From Emcibacter sp. (GTDB taxonomy: Bacteria > Pseudomonadota > Alphaproteobacteria > Sphingomonadales > Emcibacteraceae): a stretch of DNA of 64,000 bases. The position numbers and the translations under genes are program-made. Each line of letters opens with the position of its first letter. Within the stretch, counting starts at the first letter, position 1. Of the stretch, positions 28,100-38,148 are shown piece by piece. The notes beneath the pieces are model-generated. The model was not told the origin of the DNA, did no database searches, and saw only the letters and a program-made list of their open reading frames with translations. The stretch is from contig JAKIUQ010000001.1 of assembly GCA_021647465.1 (NCBI GenBank), positions 35,962 through 99,961 of the forward strand, in the 5' to 3' direction.

Positions 28100-29953
28100 A
28101 TGCATAAAGGGTCTAAAGACTATATGGAAAATCCAGATAATACTCATGCTTCGAATTCAAAAATGGCTCCGGATATAAAAGCACCGGATATAAAATCAGA
28201 TGTGCGCCCAAAGAAAAAAATAGCTGAAATCAAACTGCTATGGGGGTTTCTGTCTCAATATAAGTCACATATTGCCATGGCGCTTGTGGCGCTTGTCATA
28301 GCATCCGGGGCGACGTTAATGATTCCCTATGCCTTTCGGAAAATGATTGATGACGGGTTTTCCAGCGAGAATGCTGATCTGGTCAATGGTTATTTCATTT
28401 TTCTTTTGCTGGTTGCCTTTGTTCTGGCTGTGGCTACCTTTGCGCGGCATTTTTATGTGTCATGGATCGGCGAGCGGGTTGTTGCGGATATCAGAAATGC
28501 GGTTTTTAACAATGTCATAAGGTTAAGCCCAACTTTCTTCGAGAAAAACCTGTCCGGGGATATTGTTTCGCGCCTTACGACCGATACGACGGTTATTCAG
28601 TCCGTGGTTGGCTCGACGGTGTCGATTGCCTTGCGCAATATATTGACATTGATTGGTGGGTTGATTTTTATGGCCTTCACCAGTGCCAAGATGCTTGGGC
28701 TTGTGTTGCTGGTTGTCCCCCTTGTGGTTGTTCCGATAATCTTTCTGGGCCGCAAAGTCCGCAAGCTTTCAAGTCAAACGCAGGATAAAACGGCGGCCGC
28801 CAGTGCAAAGGCAAATGAGAATATCGGCGCGGTACAGATCATTCAGGCCTTCACACAGGAAAAACGGGAAATAGAACGGTTCGGCGGTTATGTCGAGCAA
28901 GCTTTCAATACCGCGATTGAAAGAATTAAGATCAGGTCATGGCTTACGGGAATCGTCATCCTGATGATATTCGGGGCGATGGATCTTGTGTTATGGGTTG
29001 GCGCCTCTGATGTTATTTCGGGCAGGATGACCGGTGGTGAGCTGGCCTCTTTTGTCATGTATGCGGCGCTTGTCGCCGGGGCTGTGGGCTCGTTAAGTGA
29101 GGTTTATGGTGAATTACAGCGGGCCGCAGGTGCGATCAGCCGATGCGTTGAAATTATTTCCACTGAAGCCGATATTAAGGCGCCGGAAAATCCCAAGGTC
29201 TTTCCAGAACAACATGAAGGAAGAATAGAATTCCGGGATGTGACTTTCACATATCCTTCAAGGCCGAATGAGAAAATTTTGAACGCTTTTAAGCTGTCTG
29301 TTTCCAAGGGGGAAAAGCTGGCTATTGTTGGCCCATCCGGTGCGGGAAAATCCACTGTATTTCAATTGATACAAAGATTTTATGATCCGGCTGGTGGCCA
29401 AATCTTGATAGATGGCGTTAATATTAAAGATGCGGATCCGGAAGAGGTGCGCAAGCGGTTGGCTATCGTGCCGCAAGAAAGTATAATTTTTGCGACCAGC
29501 GTAGAGGAAAATATCCGCTACGGAAACCCGAATGCAACAGATGAAATGGTACTGGCCGCCGCCGTTGCGGCCCGCGCCGATGAATTCATTATTAAATTAC
29601 CAGAAGGCATGCGAACCTATTTAGGCGAACGCGGAACCCGTCTTTCGGGCGGGCAGCGCCAAAGAATTGCCATTGCCCGTGCCATATTAAGGGATGCCCC
29701 CATTTTACTTCTTGATGAGGCGACATCATCACTGGATGCGGAAAGCGAGCAGAAGGTGCAGGAAGCCCTTGAAAAGCTTATGCAGAACCGGACGACCCTT
29801 GTTATCGCGCACAGGCTTGCTACAGTCCAGAAAGCCGACAGGATCGTGGTTTTGGATGGGGGTCAGATCGTTAATATTGGCACCCATGAGGAGCTTTTGA
29901 AAGAAGACGGGGTTTATGCTCGCCTAGCCAAACTCCAGTTTGGCGAGAATTAA
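28100..29953 (+). CDS. ABC exporter, fused permease/ATPase (ABCB/MsbA-like half transporter)
   Basis: 6-TM domain, then Walker A GPSGAGKST, signature LSGGQRQRIAIARA and Walker B ILLLDEATSSLD. The N-terminal extension carries a tandem APDIK repeat, and the exact start is uncertain. Confidence 0.9.
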   Translation: MHKGSKDYMENPDNTHASNSKMAPDIKAPDIKSDVRPKKKIAEIKLLWGFLSQYKSHIAMALVALVIASGATLMIPYAFRKMIDDGFSSENADLVNGYFIFLLLVAFVLAVATFARHFYVSWIGERVVADIRNAVFNNVIRLSPTFFEKNLSGDIVSRLTTDTTVIQSVVGSTVSIALRNILTLIGGLIFMAFTSAKMLGLVLLVVPLVVVPIIFLGRKVRKLSSQTQDKTAAASAKANENIGAVQIIQAFTQEKREIERFGGYVEQAFNTAIERIKIRSWLTGIVILMIFGAMDLVLWVGASDVISGRMTGGELASFVMYAALVAGAVGSLSEVYGELQRAAGAISRCVEIISTEADIKAPENPKVFPEQHEGRIEFRDVTFTYPSRPNEKILNAFKLSVSKGEKLAIVGPSGAGKSTVFQLIQRFYDPAGGQILIDGVNIKDADPEEVRKRLAIVPQESIIFATSVEENIRYGNPNATDEMVLAAAVAARADEFIIKLPEGMRTYLGERGTRLSGGQRQRIAIARAILRDAPILLLDEATSSLDAESEQKVQEALEKLMQNRTTLVIAHRLATVQKADRIVVLDGGQIVNIGTHEELLKEDGVYARLAKLQFGEN

Positions 29954-29991
29954 AGGAACCACAAACTTCAGTTTGGCGAAAGTTAAAGGGA

Positions 29992-31089
29992 TTACCTTTG
30001 GGTCAGCCGCATTTCAATTCGTCTGTTGCGTTTCAGGGCTTCCGGCGAATTGCTGGTATCCAGAGGGTGAAATTGTCCAAAGCCCGTGGCGGCCAATCTT
30101 TCTGCCGGTATGCCCTCGGAAATCAGATATTTCACAACCGACAAGGCCCGGGCCGTCGACAGATCCCAATTGGAGGGAAATTGCCGGGTTCTGATGGGCA
30201 GAATATCGGTATGACCATCAACCCGCAGAACCCAATCAACACCGCTTGGGATATTTGCCGATATTTCTTTTAACGCGCTGGCGAGTGCTTTCATTTCTCT
30301 TTGTCCCGCTGTGCCAAGAACGGCAGAACCAGAGGAAAACAGAACCTCTGACTGGAAGACGAAACGATCGCCATGAATTCGAATATCAGAACGGTTGCCG
30401 AGTATTTTCTTCAGGCGACCAAAAAATTCGGATCGAAATTCGCTGAGTTCCTGTACTTTCGAGGCGAGGGCGGCATTCAATCTTTGGCTGAGGTTTTCAA
30501 TGGAAACGCGTTGTTCCTTATCGCGTGCCTCTGACGCTTCCAAGGCGGCATTAAGGACAGAGAGCTGCTTGCGCAAACTGGTTAACTGATGATTTAACAA
30601 ATCAATTTTACGATTTGCCGCATGGGTTAATTCTTTCTCCCGGGCCAGGGTCGCGGTTGATTCCCGGTATCTTTTTTCCAGATCACGGATGATTTGAACC
30701 TGATCATCACGGCTTCTTTTCACGCGCACGCCCCGACCCTCTGCATCGGCAAGGTCTGACTCTAATTCTATGATCCGCGCCGCAAGGTCTTCTTTGGAAA
30801 TATTGGATTCCTGCAGGTTGGAAGATATGCGATTGAATTCAACATTAAGGTCATTATTAATTTGTTCCTGAATAGCCAGACTATCCTGAAGATCGAAGAT
30901 TTCAGCACGTAACTTGTCCAATATATCTTCTTTACTTGATAAGGCCTGTCCTAAAAAGAATTGTGCGAGCATAAAGATTGACAGTAGAAATATAATCACG
31001 AGCAGCATGGTGCTCAAGGCATCAACAAATCCCGGCCAAGTATTATCCGTGCCGGATCCGGGCCGTCGGCCTCTACGCAAAAGCGGCAT
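29992..31089 (-). CDS. MotB-like protein: N-terminal TM helix with Asp, long coiled coil, C-terminal OmpA/MotB peptidoglycan-binding domain
   Basis: WPGFVDALSTMLLVIIFLL, then about 200 aa of heptad-like sequence, then VDGHTD...NWDLSTARALSVVKYL...NRRIEMRL. The start overlaps the stop of the upstream MotA-like gene (TGATG). Confidence 0.8.
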   Translation of the reverse strand: MPLLRRGRRPGSGTDNTWPGFVDALSTMLLVIIFLLSIFMLAQFFLGQALSSKEDILDKLRAEIFDLQDSLAIQEQINNDLNVEFNRISSNLQESNISKEDLAARIIELESDLADAEGRGVRVKRSRDDQVQIIRDLEKRYRESTATLAREKELTHAANRKIDLLNHQLTSLRKQLSVLNAALEASEARDKEQRVSIENLSQRLNAALASKVQELSEFRSEFFGRLKKILGNRSDIRIHGDRFVFQSEVLFSSGSAVLGTAGQREMKALASALKEISANIPSGVDWVLRVDGHTDILPIRTRQFPSNWDLSTARALSVVKYLISEGIPAERLAATGFGQFHPLDTSNSPEALKRNRRIEMRLTQR

Positions 31090-32369
31090 CAGTCATCCTT
31101 TCTGGCAGTCAGTTTCTTGCCAGTGGTGATGAGCGGTTTTTTATTTCCCTTGGGCTTTGGAGTAGGCATATCATAGTCCATAGAGTCCTGAATGACCTTG
31201 GGATCACGTTTTTTTGGCGGTCGCTCTTCTTCAGATATGCTGCCTTCAGGCAGATCAGTATCCATAGCTGTTCTTTCAACCATGCCGCCCAAGGTGCGGG
31301 CTAAAAGCTTGAATTCTGACTTCAGGGTATCGTTGAATTGATTTTGACCCTTGATGGTTTCTTCAATCAGATATTTAATCTGTACATCAATATTACGCAG
31401 ATGTTTGACCTGAATTTTATCTTCTTCACCGGCATTCTGACTTGAAAACAGTTCAAGCATTTGTTTCAGAACTGATCGCATGCCTGATTGACTATCGGAT
31501 AATGTGGCAAGCTGTTCTGACAAATTCAACATGGCCATATTAACTTCATTCCGCCTTTCTTCACTGCGGGATATGACATTATGGAGGTTGTCCAGACTAT
31601 CTGCGGATTGCTCCAGCAAGGCACTAACATAGGCTGGAACGGACGCATCACCGGAATCTATATCTATGCTGCTGCCTCTGGATAATTTAGTGACACTGGA
31701 GAGCCAGTCTTCAAGGTCATTAAAGAAACGGGATTGCGCCTGCCCGGCCTGAAGGTCAATAAAACCAAGCACGACAGATCCGGCTAGACCGAATAGCGAA
31801 GAACTGAACGCCGTGCCCATGCCGCCGAGCGGGGCTGCGAGGCCCTCTTTTAAATCTTCAAATAAAACACCAATATCATTGGATCCGACGGTCAGGTTAT
31901 TGATGGTATCTTTGATCGAACCAATTGTACCAAGCAAGCCCCAAAAGGTGCCGAGCAGCCCCAGAAAAATCAAAAGTCCGATGAAATAACGGGTTATCTC
32001 GCGGCCTTCGTCCATACGGGCGGCAATACCATCAAGGATGGTGCGCATGGAAAGAGCAGAAAGGGATAATTTGCGATCACTCTCCCCCATCATTGCGGCC
32101 ATTGGGGCAATAAGATTTGGCGCATCTCCCGGGATTTCGGAATTTTCACTTTTTCGGAAGTTTTTGATCCATTCCACGGATGGAGAAAGCATGGTGATCT
32201 GGCGGGTTGAAAAGATAATGCCAATGAGTAAGACCGCCGCGATCAACCCGTTTAACCCCGGGTTTGTGATAAAGGCGCTTTCTAACTGCGGATATAGAAA
32301 GAAGGATAATAATATGACGGGTATAAGAAAAAGCGTAATTCTTGTGAGATACTTCTGGGGTCGGGTCAT
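31089..32369 (-). CDS. MotA/TolQ/ExbB-family proton-channel protein with a hydrophilic C-terminal tail of about 190 aa
   Basis: Four TM helices and the channel core LLGTFWGLLGTIGSI / GMGTAFSSSLFGLAGSVVLGFID. The C-terminal tail is helical-looking and ends K/P-rich. Confidence 0.8.
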   Translation of the reverse strand: MTRPQKYLTRITLFLIPVILLSFFLYPQLESAFITNPGLNGLIAAVLLIGIIFSTRQITMLSPSVEWIKNFRKSENSEIPGDAPNLIAPMAAMMGESDRKLSLSALSMRTILDGIAARMDEGREITRYFIGLLIFLGLLGTFWGLLGTIGSIKDTINNLTVGSNDIGVLFEDLKEGLAAPLGGMGTAFSSSLFGLAGSVVLGFIDLQAGQAQSRFFNDLEDWLSSVTKLSRGSSIDIDSGDASVPAYVSALLEQSADSLDNLHNVISRSEERRNEVNMAMLNLSEQLATLSDSQSGMRSVLKQMLELFSSQNAGEEDKIQVKHLRNIDVQIKYLIEETIKGQNQFNDTLKSEFKLLARTLGGMVERTAMDTDLPEGSISEEERPPKKRDPKVIQDSMDYDMPTPKPKGNKKPLITTGKKLTARKDD

Positions 32370-32517
32370 GCCGAACTGGTCCTTTTATGTTTTCTTCCCT
32401 AATTTTACGATCATATTATCAGGGCAACCCGGAAGAGTCTAAGAATTAGTTAGGCAATATTAAGGCGTTGAGAGACCATATTGATTTGAACGGGCATTTC
32501 CCATGTCAATCTCTGCC

Positions 32518-32814
32518 CTAGTCTCTATGGATTGTTATGATAATGATATCTTTGAATTGATTATTGGGTCGTTTATTTTCCGGCAGCATGTTTTTTTGGG
32601 CGCTGGTCTTGATGACAAGCTGGTCTTTGGCAATGCCATATTTTTTCAAAATACCTTTAATGATTAGCGCCCGATTAAACGCGGCGCGAACGGCTTCATG
32701 ATTTGCCGTATCCTCCGTCAGGTTGCGTATGCCATTTGGGACAGGGCTAAGGCTATGGACATAGACCGGGATGTTATAACGGTTTATGCGTGCGGCCCAT
32801 TTTTGGATCATCAA
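32518..32814 (-). CDS. Hypothetical protein with a degenerate OmpA-like fold pattern. The frame stays open upstream to 33060 without any ATG/GTG/TTG.
   Basis: LYFLKNDYRVSHNTQLMIQKWAARINRYNIPVYVHS...EAVRAAFNRALIIKGILKKYGIAKDQLVIKT loosely follows the OmpA_C pattern. The minimal ORF from the TTG/ATG start is listed here; see the finding for the extension. Confidence 0.4.
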   Translation of the reverse strand: MMIQKWAARINRYNIPVYVHSLSPVPNGIRNLTEDTANHEAVRAAFNRALIIKGILKKYGIAKDQLVIKTSAQKNMLPENKRPNNQFKDIIIITIHRD

Positions 32815-33073
32815 TTGCGTATTATGGCTAACCCGATAATCGTTTTTTAAAAAATACAGATGCAGAGGCTTGATATTTATTAATTCCTCTGCTTGCAGAA
32901 ATATTTCCTTTTCGGAATATGGTTTTTCTTCAAGGCTATTTACTTGATAGCCATTGTCCGGTCTGTCTCTACTTATGCCGGTTTGCGCTATGGTAAATGA
33001 TAAAAAACCTGTCCATATTGCGCAAGAGATTGAATATATAATTACGCCATTCCCTTGAGTTTAATAATCGTGG

Positions 33074-33889
33074 TTATTCTGCGTTTTTTTCAGCCTTGCG
33101 CCCTTGGGCCAAAAGGCGCGTCAAAGGGCCATGAATAACGCTATTGGTTGCGAGGATTTCACCTGTTTCATAAGCTTTGTTTTTGCCGTCAAAACTGGTC
33201 ACGCTTCCGCCGGCCTCACGGACAAGAAGAATGCCGGCGGCAATATCCCATTTGTTGAGGCTTGCTTCCCAAAACCCTTCATATTTTCCGGAAGCGACAT
33301 AGGCAAGGTCAAGTGCGGCGGAACCAAATCTGCGAATGCCGGAGACTTCCCCCATGATGGCTTCCATATTGTGAAGGAATAATTTATGGCCCGGCGTGCC
33401 GTGGAAAGGTATGCCCGTGGCAAGAAGACTATATTTCATATCGCGGCGTGCGGAAACCCGTATTTTCATGTCATTAAGATAGGCACCGCGCCCTTTTTCT
33501 GCCCAATATGTCTCGCCTGTGATCGGGTTGTAAATCAGCCCGGCGGTAATTTCACCATTCTGCTCAAGCGCAATGGAAATACAAAAATGAGGAACGCCAT
33601 GCAGGAAGTTTGTCGTGCCGTCCAAAGGATCAACAATCCAGCGGCCACTGCCATCTCCCAAGTTTATTTCGCCTTCTTCTTCCAGAAGAAAGGCAATATT
33701 GGGCCGCGCTTTGAATAATTCCTCTTTGATGATTTTTTCTGATTTTAAATCTGCGGCGGAAACAAAATCTGCGGGCCCTTTGCGGGATACCTGAAGATTC
33801 TCTACTTCACCAAAATCGCGACAAAGTTTGCGGCCAGCCTTTTGAGCGGCCATTTCCATTACGTTAATTACGGCTGATTTCAAAGCCAT
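33074..33889 (-). CDS. suhB: Inositol monophosphatase family protein (SuhB)
   Basis: FLLEEEG and WIVDPLDGTTNFLHG motifs. 271 aa. Confidence 0.9.
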   Translation of the reverse strand: MALKSAVINVMEMAAQKAGRKLCRDFGEVENLQVSRKGPADFVSAADLKSEKIIKEELFKARPNIAFLLEEEGEINLGDGSGRWIVDPLDGTTNFLHGVPHFCISIALEQNGEITAGLIYNPITGETYWAEKGRGAYLNDMKIRVSARRDMKYSLLATGIPFHGTPGHKLFLHNMEAIMGEVSGIRRFGSAALDLAYVASGKYEGFWEASLNKWDIAAGILLVREAGGSVTSFDGKNKAYETGEILATNSVIHGPLTRLLAQGRKAEKNAE

Positions 33890-33945
33890 ATGAAAAATCC
33901 TTCAAAATATAAAATCACGAGGTGTTTTTTTGGTTGCGAATTAAA

Positions 33946-34509
33946 TTATTTGGCACGTTCAACATAAGTGCATTCTTCGATATTGACGACAACTTTGTCC
34001 CCGACCCCAACGAAGGGGGGTACCATTACGCGGACCCCATTGTCGAGAATAGCTGGTTTGTTGGATGATGCGGCGGTTTGCCCTTTCATAACAGGCTCCG
34101 TTTCCGCAACCTCAAGAATGGCGTTCTGAGGGAAACTGATGCCCAATGCAGAACCATCATGAAATTCAATAACCACTTCCATACCATCCTGCAGGAAGGC
34201 GGTTTTGTCGCCGATCAATTCGGCGCTTAATTCCACTTGCTCGTATGTTTCGATATCCATAAAAGTATACATGCCGGACGTTTTAAATAGATAGGAGTGG
34301 TTTTTTTGTTCCAGGCGAACCTGTTCGACCTTCTCGGAAGACCGGAAGCGTTCGTTAAGTTTACGGCCATCCCTAAGGTTTTTAAGTTCAACCTGCAGGT
34401 AAGCCCCGCCCTTGCCGGGCTGGGTATGTGCAGTTTTTATCGCAAGCCAAAGCCCACCTTGGTGTTCAATGATATTACCGGGACGAATGTTGTTGCCATC
34501 AATTTTCAT
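33946..34509 (-). CDS. efp: Elongation factor P
   Basis: 187 aa with [21 protein letters not shown] and a typical three-domain length. Confidence 0.95.
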   Translation of the reverse strand: MKIDGNNIRPGNIIEHQGGLWLAIKTAHTQPGKGGAYLQVELKNLRDGRKLNERFRSSEKVEQVRLEQKNHSYLFKTSGMYTFMDIETYEQVELSAELIGDKTAFLQDGMEVVIEFHDGSALGISFPQNAILEVAETEPVMKGQTAASSNKPAILDNGVRVMVPPFVGVGDKVVVNIEECTYVERAK

Positions 34510-34602
34510 TTTTTAACCTTTTAAAGAACGATCTGACATTGCTCTAACAGTTTGATATAATCTATGCAATGATTATTCACATGCTAATCTCAGCTTTTGT
34601 GG

Positions 34603-35526
34603 TTAATATCCATTTTGGACATCTGCTTTGTTGATGAGGGGGGCATTATTTCTCATATTATGGTAGTTTGCAAGGAACTGCGCGGCGGCCTGCTCACTAT
34701 TTGTCAGGCTGGCAATATGGGGGGTTAACGCAATTTTTGGATGCCGCCAGAAAGCATGATCATCCGGCAGAGGTTCTGTCCTGAAAACATCAAGGCAAGC
34801 GCCGCTGAGTTGACCCTGACAGAGGGCATCCAGCAGATCATCTTCATTCAAATGAGCGCCGCGTCCGGCATTGATGAGATAGGCCCCCTTTTTAACTTTG
34901 CTGAATAATCCGGCATCCAGGATATTCTCCGTCTTGGGGGTGAGGGGCAGGAGGCAGACAATATAATCCGCATCCTTGGTGGCCTCGATTAAAGCTTTTG
35001 GCCCGTGAAAGCTTGTGACCTGATCAATATTCTTGGGGCTTCGGCTCCAGCCACAGACGGTCATACCGATAGTGGTCAGATATTGCGCAACATGTTGGCC
35101 AATATTCCCCAGACCCAACAGGCAGATTTTTTTTCCGGGGCGGGCCTCTTTTGGAGCCCAAACGCCTGCGGCTTGATATTCCCGGTATTCGGTGAGGCGA
35201 AGCCGGTGGTTCTGTATGACGCCGGCAATATATTCGGACATCTGCAGGGTCAAGGCATTATCCACCAGCCGCGTTACGATAATCTGCGGTGGCAGGCTTT
35301 GGTCTTTAAAAATATGATCCACCCCCGCGCCATATGAGGCGATGACCTTAAGGTTGGGATATTTAAGCAATTCCCCGGCAGGGTGGTTCCAGAGAATAGC
35401 ATAGTCAATATCTTCTGTATTGCCGACCTCTGGCCAGATCCTGATATCAAGTTCAGGATCACTTGCCTTAAGGGCCTTTAAAAGTTCGCCGCACTCCCGA
35501 TCCGGCATGAGGATTAACAGGGTCAT
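34603..35526 (-). CDS. D-isomer-specific 2-hydroxyacid dehydrogenase (glyoxylate/hydroxypyruvate reductase A-like)
   Basis: NAD-binding LLGLGNIGQHVAQ, NAGRGAHL, DVFRTEPLP and PHIAS motifs. Confidence 0.85.
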   Translation of the reverse strand: MTLLILMPDRECGELLKALKASDPELDIRIWPEVGNTEDIDYAILWNHPAGELLKYPNLKVIASYGAGVDHIFKDQSLPPQIIVTRLVDNALTLQMSEYIAGVIQNHRLRLTEYREYQAAGVWAPKEARPGKKICLLGLGNIGQHVAQYLTTIGMTVCGWSRSPKNIDQVTSFHGPKALIEATKDADYIVCLLPLTPKTENILDAGLFSKVKKGAYLINAGRGAHLNEDDLLDALCQGQLSGACLDVFRTEPLPDDHAFWRHPKIALTPHIASLTNSEQAAAQFLANYHNMRNNAPLINKADVQNGY

Positions 35527-35537
35527 GTTTTTTTATT

Positions 35538-35984
35538 TCAATTGGTTGCGAAAATATCATCGTCGGAGGCGAAAGACTTGAACTCAAGGCCGTTGCCCGA
35601 AGGATCCTGAATGAACAGGGTTGTCTGCTCGCCCGGTTCCCCTTCAAATCGGATATGCGGGGGAATTAAGAAGTCGATATTCAGAGCGGTGAGTTTGTCG
35701 GCCAATAGGTGCCATTCATCCCGCCGAAGCAAAAGTCCGAAATGGCGCGTTGGAACTTGTTTGCTCTCAACCGCGCTGGTCGGGCATTCTGGCATTACTT
35801 CATTATAATGGGCCACAATCTGATGGCCATAGAAATCAAAGTCAATCCAGTTTTTGCTCTCGCGCCCCAATTTGCAGCCAAGGACGCCAGTATAAAAACG
35901 CCTGGCCTCTTCCAGGTCGGTAACGGGGAAGGCCAAATGAAATCTTGGGATATTATTTTTGGGGATGCTCAAGGGATTGTCCAT
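35538..35984 (-). CDS. VOC (glyoxalase/bleomycin-resistance/dioxygenase) family protein
   Basis: 148 aa with FHLAFPVTDLEEARRFYTGVLG, a typical VOC N-terminal beta-alpha-beta module. Confidence 0.78.
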   Translation of the reverse strand: MDNPLSIPKNNIPRFHLAFPVTDLEEARRFYTGVLGCKLGRESKNWIDFDFYGHQIVAHYNEVMPECPTSAVESKQVPTRHFGLLLRRDEWHLLADKLTALNIDFLIPPHIRFEGEPGEQTTLFIQDPSGNGLEFKSFASDDDIFATN

Positions 35985-36061
35985 TCATGAATAGCTATTG
36001 AGGTTCGGCACGCTGATAGAAAATAAAGAGGGTTATCTGTGAAATCAAGACAAACTCTCGT

Positions 36062-36098
36062 AAAAAGGAAAAACCCGCCTTCCAATATGAAGGCGGGT
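36062..36098 (-). terminator. Intrinsic terminator of ccrM
   Basis: On the minus strand, ACCCGCCTTC-ATATTG-GAAGGCGGGT is a perfect 10-bp stem, followed by TTTTTCCTTTTT. Confidence 0.8.
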
Positions 36099-36144
36099 CA
36101 GTTTTACCGGAGTTTATTGTCGTTATCGTTTTTATGAGTTTAGC

Positions 36145-37326
<1,182 letters not shown>

Positions 37327-37337
37327 TTATATGTGGT

Positions 37338-37387
37338 GATTCTGAATCAAAAAGTGAATCTCGTCAAGTGATTTTTTTATTTGAATC
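37338..37387. promoter_or_regulatory. Cluster of four GANTC (CcrM target) sites in the ccrM promoter/leader
   Basis: GATTC at 37338-37342; GAATC at 37344-37348, 37356-37360 and 37383-37387. A TTGACG-N17-CAGAAT sigma-70-like promoter on the minus strand spans them. Confidence 0.6.
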
Positions 37388-38015
37388 AGTCCCTTATGGA
37401 GATTCCTTGAGAAATAAGGTTGCGAATAGGGGCGAAGGATTCTCGGTGAAAACGACTCGGACCTACAAGGCTTAGTGCTTTTGTATGTTGGGGGGTACCA
37501 TATCCTGCGTTACTCTCCCAGCCATATTCGGGGTAAATCTTGCTCAGATTTTGCATCAATTTATCACGTTTTACTTTTGCAACTATTGATGCTGCGGCAA
37601 TGGAAAGTGAAATATTATCGCCTTTTATGATCGATGTGGTGGGGCATTTCAGTTTAGGAAGATGATTGCCATCCACCAAAACATGATCCGGCTTGAGGGG
37701 CAAATCATCGACGGCGCGCTGCATGGCAAGGAGGGTTGCCTGCAGTATATTATGGTGATCAATTTCTTCTACAGTTGCCTCTCCAAAGCCCACATGGGCC
37801 TGTGCCATGATAACAGCAAAAAGGGCGTTTCTTTTTTTTGCCGTCAGTTTTTTGCTGTCATTTAAGCCTTCGGGTATATGTCCCGGCGCCAATATAACAG
37901 CGGCGGCGATCACGGGGCCCGCCCAGGGGCCGCGTCCGACCTCATCAACACCGCAAACAAGTCCGTTAATTTCTTTTTCAAGATGGTATGTTGGAAAGGC
38001 GGCGCTGCGGGCCAT
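37386..38015 (-). CDS. rnhB: Ribonuclease HII
   Basis: VCGVDEVGRGPWAGPV and DSKKL motifs. 209 aa. Confidence 0.95.
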   Translation of the reverse strand: MARSAAFPTYHLEKEINGLVCGVDEVGRGPWAGPVIAAAVILAPGHIPEGLNDSKKLTAKKRNALFAVIMAQAHVGFGEATVEEIDHHNILQATLLAMQRAVDDLPLKPDHVLVDGNHLPKLKCPTTSIIKGDNISLSIAAASIVAKVKRDKLMQNLSKIYPEYGWESNAGYGTPQHTKALSLVGPSRFHRESFAPIRNLISQGISIRD

Positions 38016-38114
38016 TTAATAAGTCTCACCTAATTTATATTGGGAAATATACCGCACTATAGCTCTCGTCATGGCTTATACATAGAGGCAATTTTGATTT
38101 TAGGGTATTGGCAT

Positions 38115-38148
38115 AAAAAAATGGGCGGCTCACCTATGGAGACCGCCC
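38115..38148 (-). terminator. Orphan intrinsic terminator (no upstream ORF on this strand)
   Basis: On the minus strand, GGGCGG(T)CTC-CATAGGT-GAGCCGCCC is followed by A-TTTTTTT. It lies between the divergent cysI-like gene and the rnhB start. Confidence 0.6.

Noticed and set aside
28160-28200. Tandem 15-nt repeat GCNCCGGATATAAAA (APDIK APDIK) at the 5' end of the ABC exporter gene
   Set aside because: There are only two copies, in frame, inside a non-conserved N-terminal extension. This is likely a trivial slippage duplication, and it may even lie upstream of the true start.
29992-32369. Calling the MotA/MotB-like pair a bona fide Zorya (ZorAB) defence system
   Set aside because: No ZorC/ZorD (type I) or ZorE (type II) helicase/nuclease-like genes are adjacent. 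The MotA-like tail (about 190 aa) is much shorter than typical ZorA tails. The surrounding genes are housekeeping. Only the architectural analogy is retained.
33890-33945. Possible suhB-type structured RNA motif upstream of suhB
   Set aside because: The efp-suhB spacer is only 56 bp and shows just a 3-bp CAC/GTG hairpin. That is too little to support a structured RNA.
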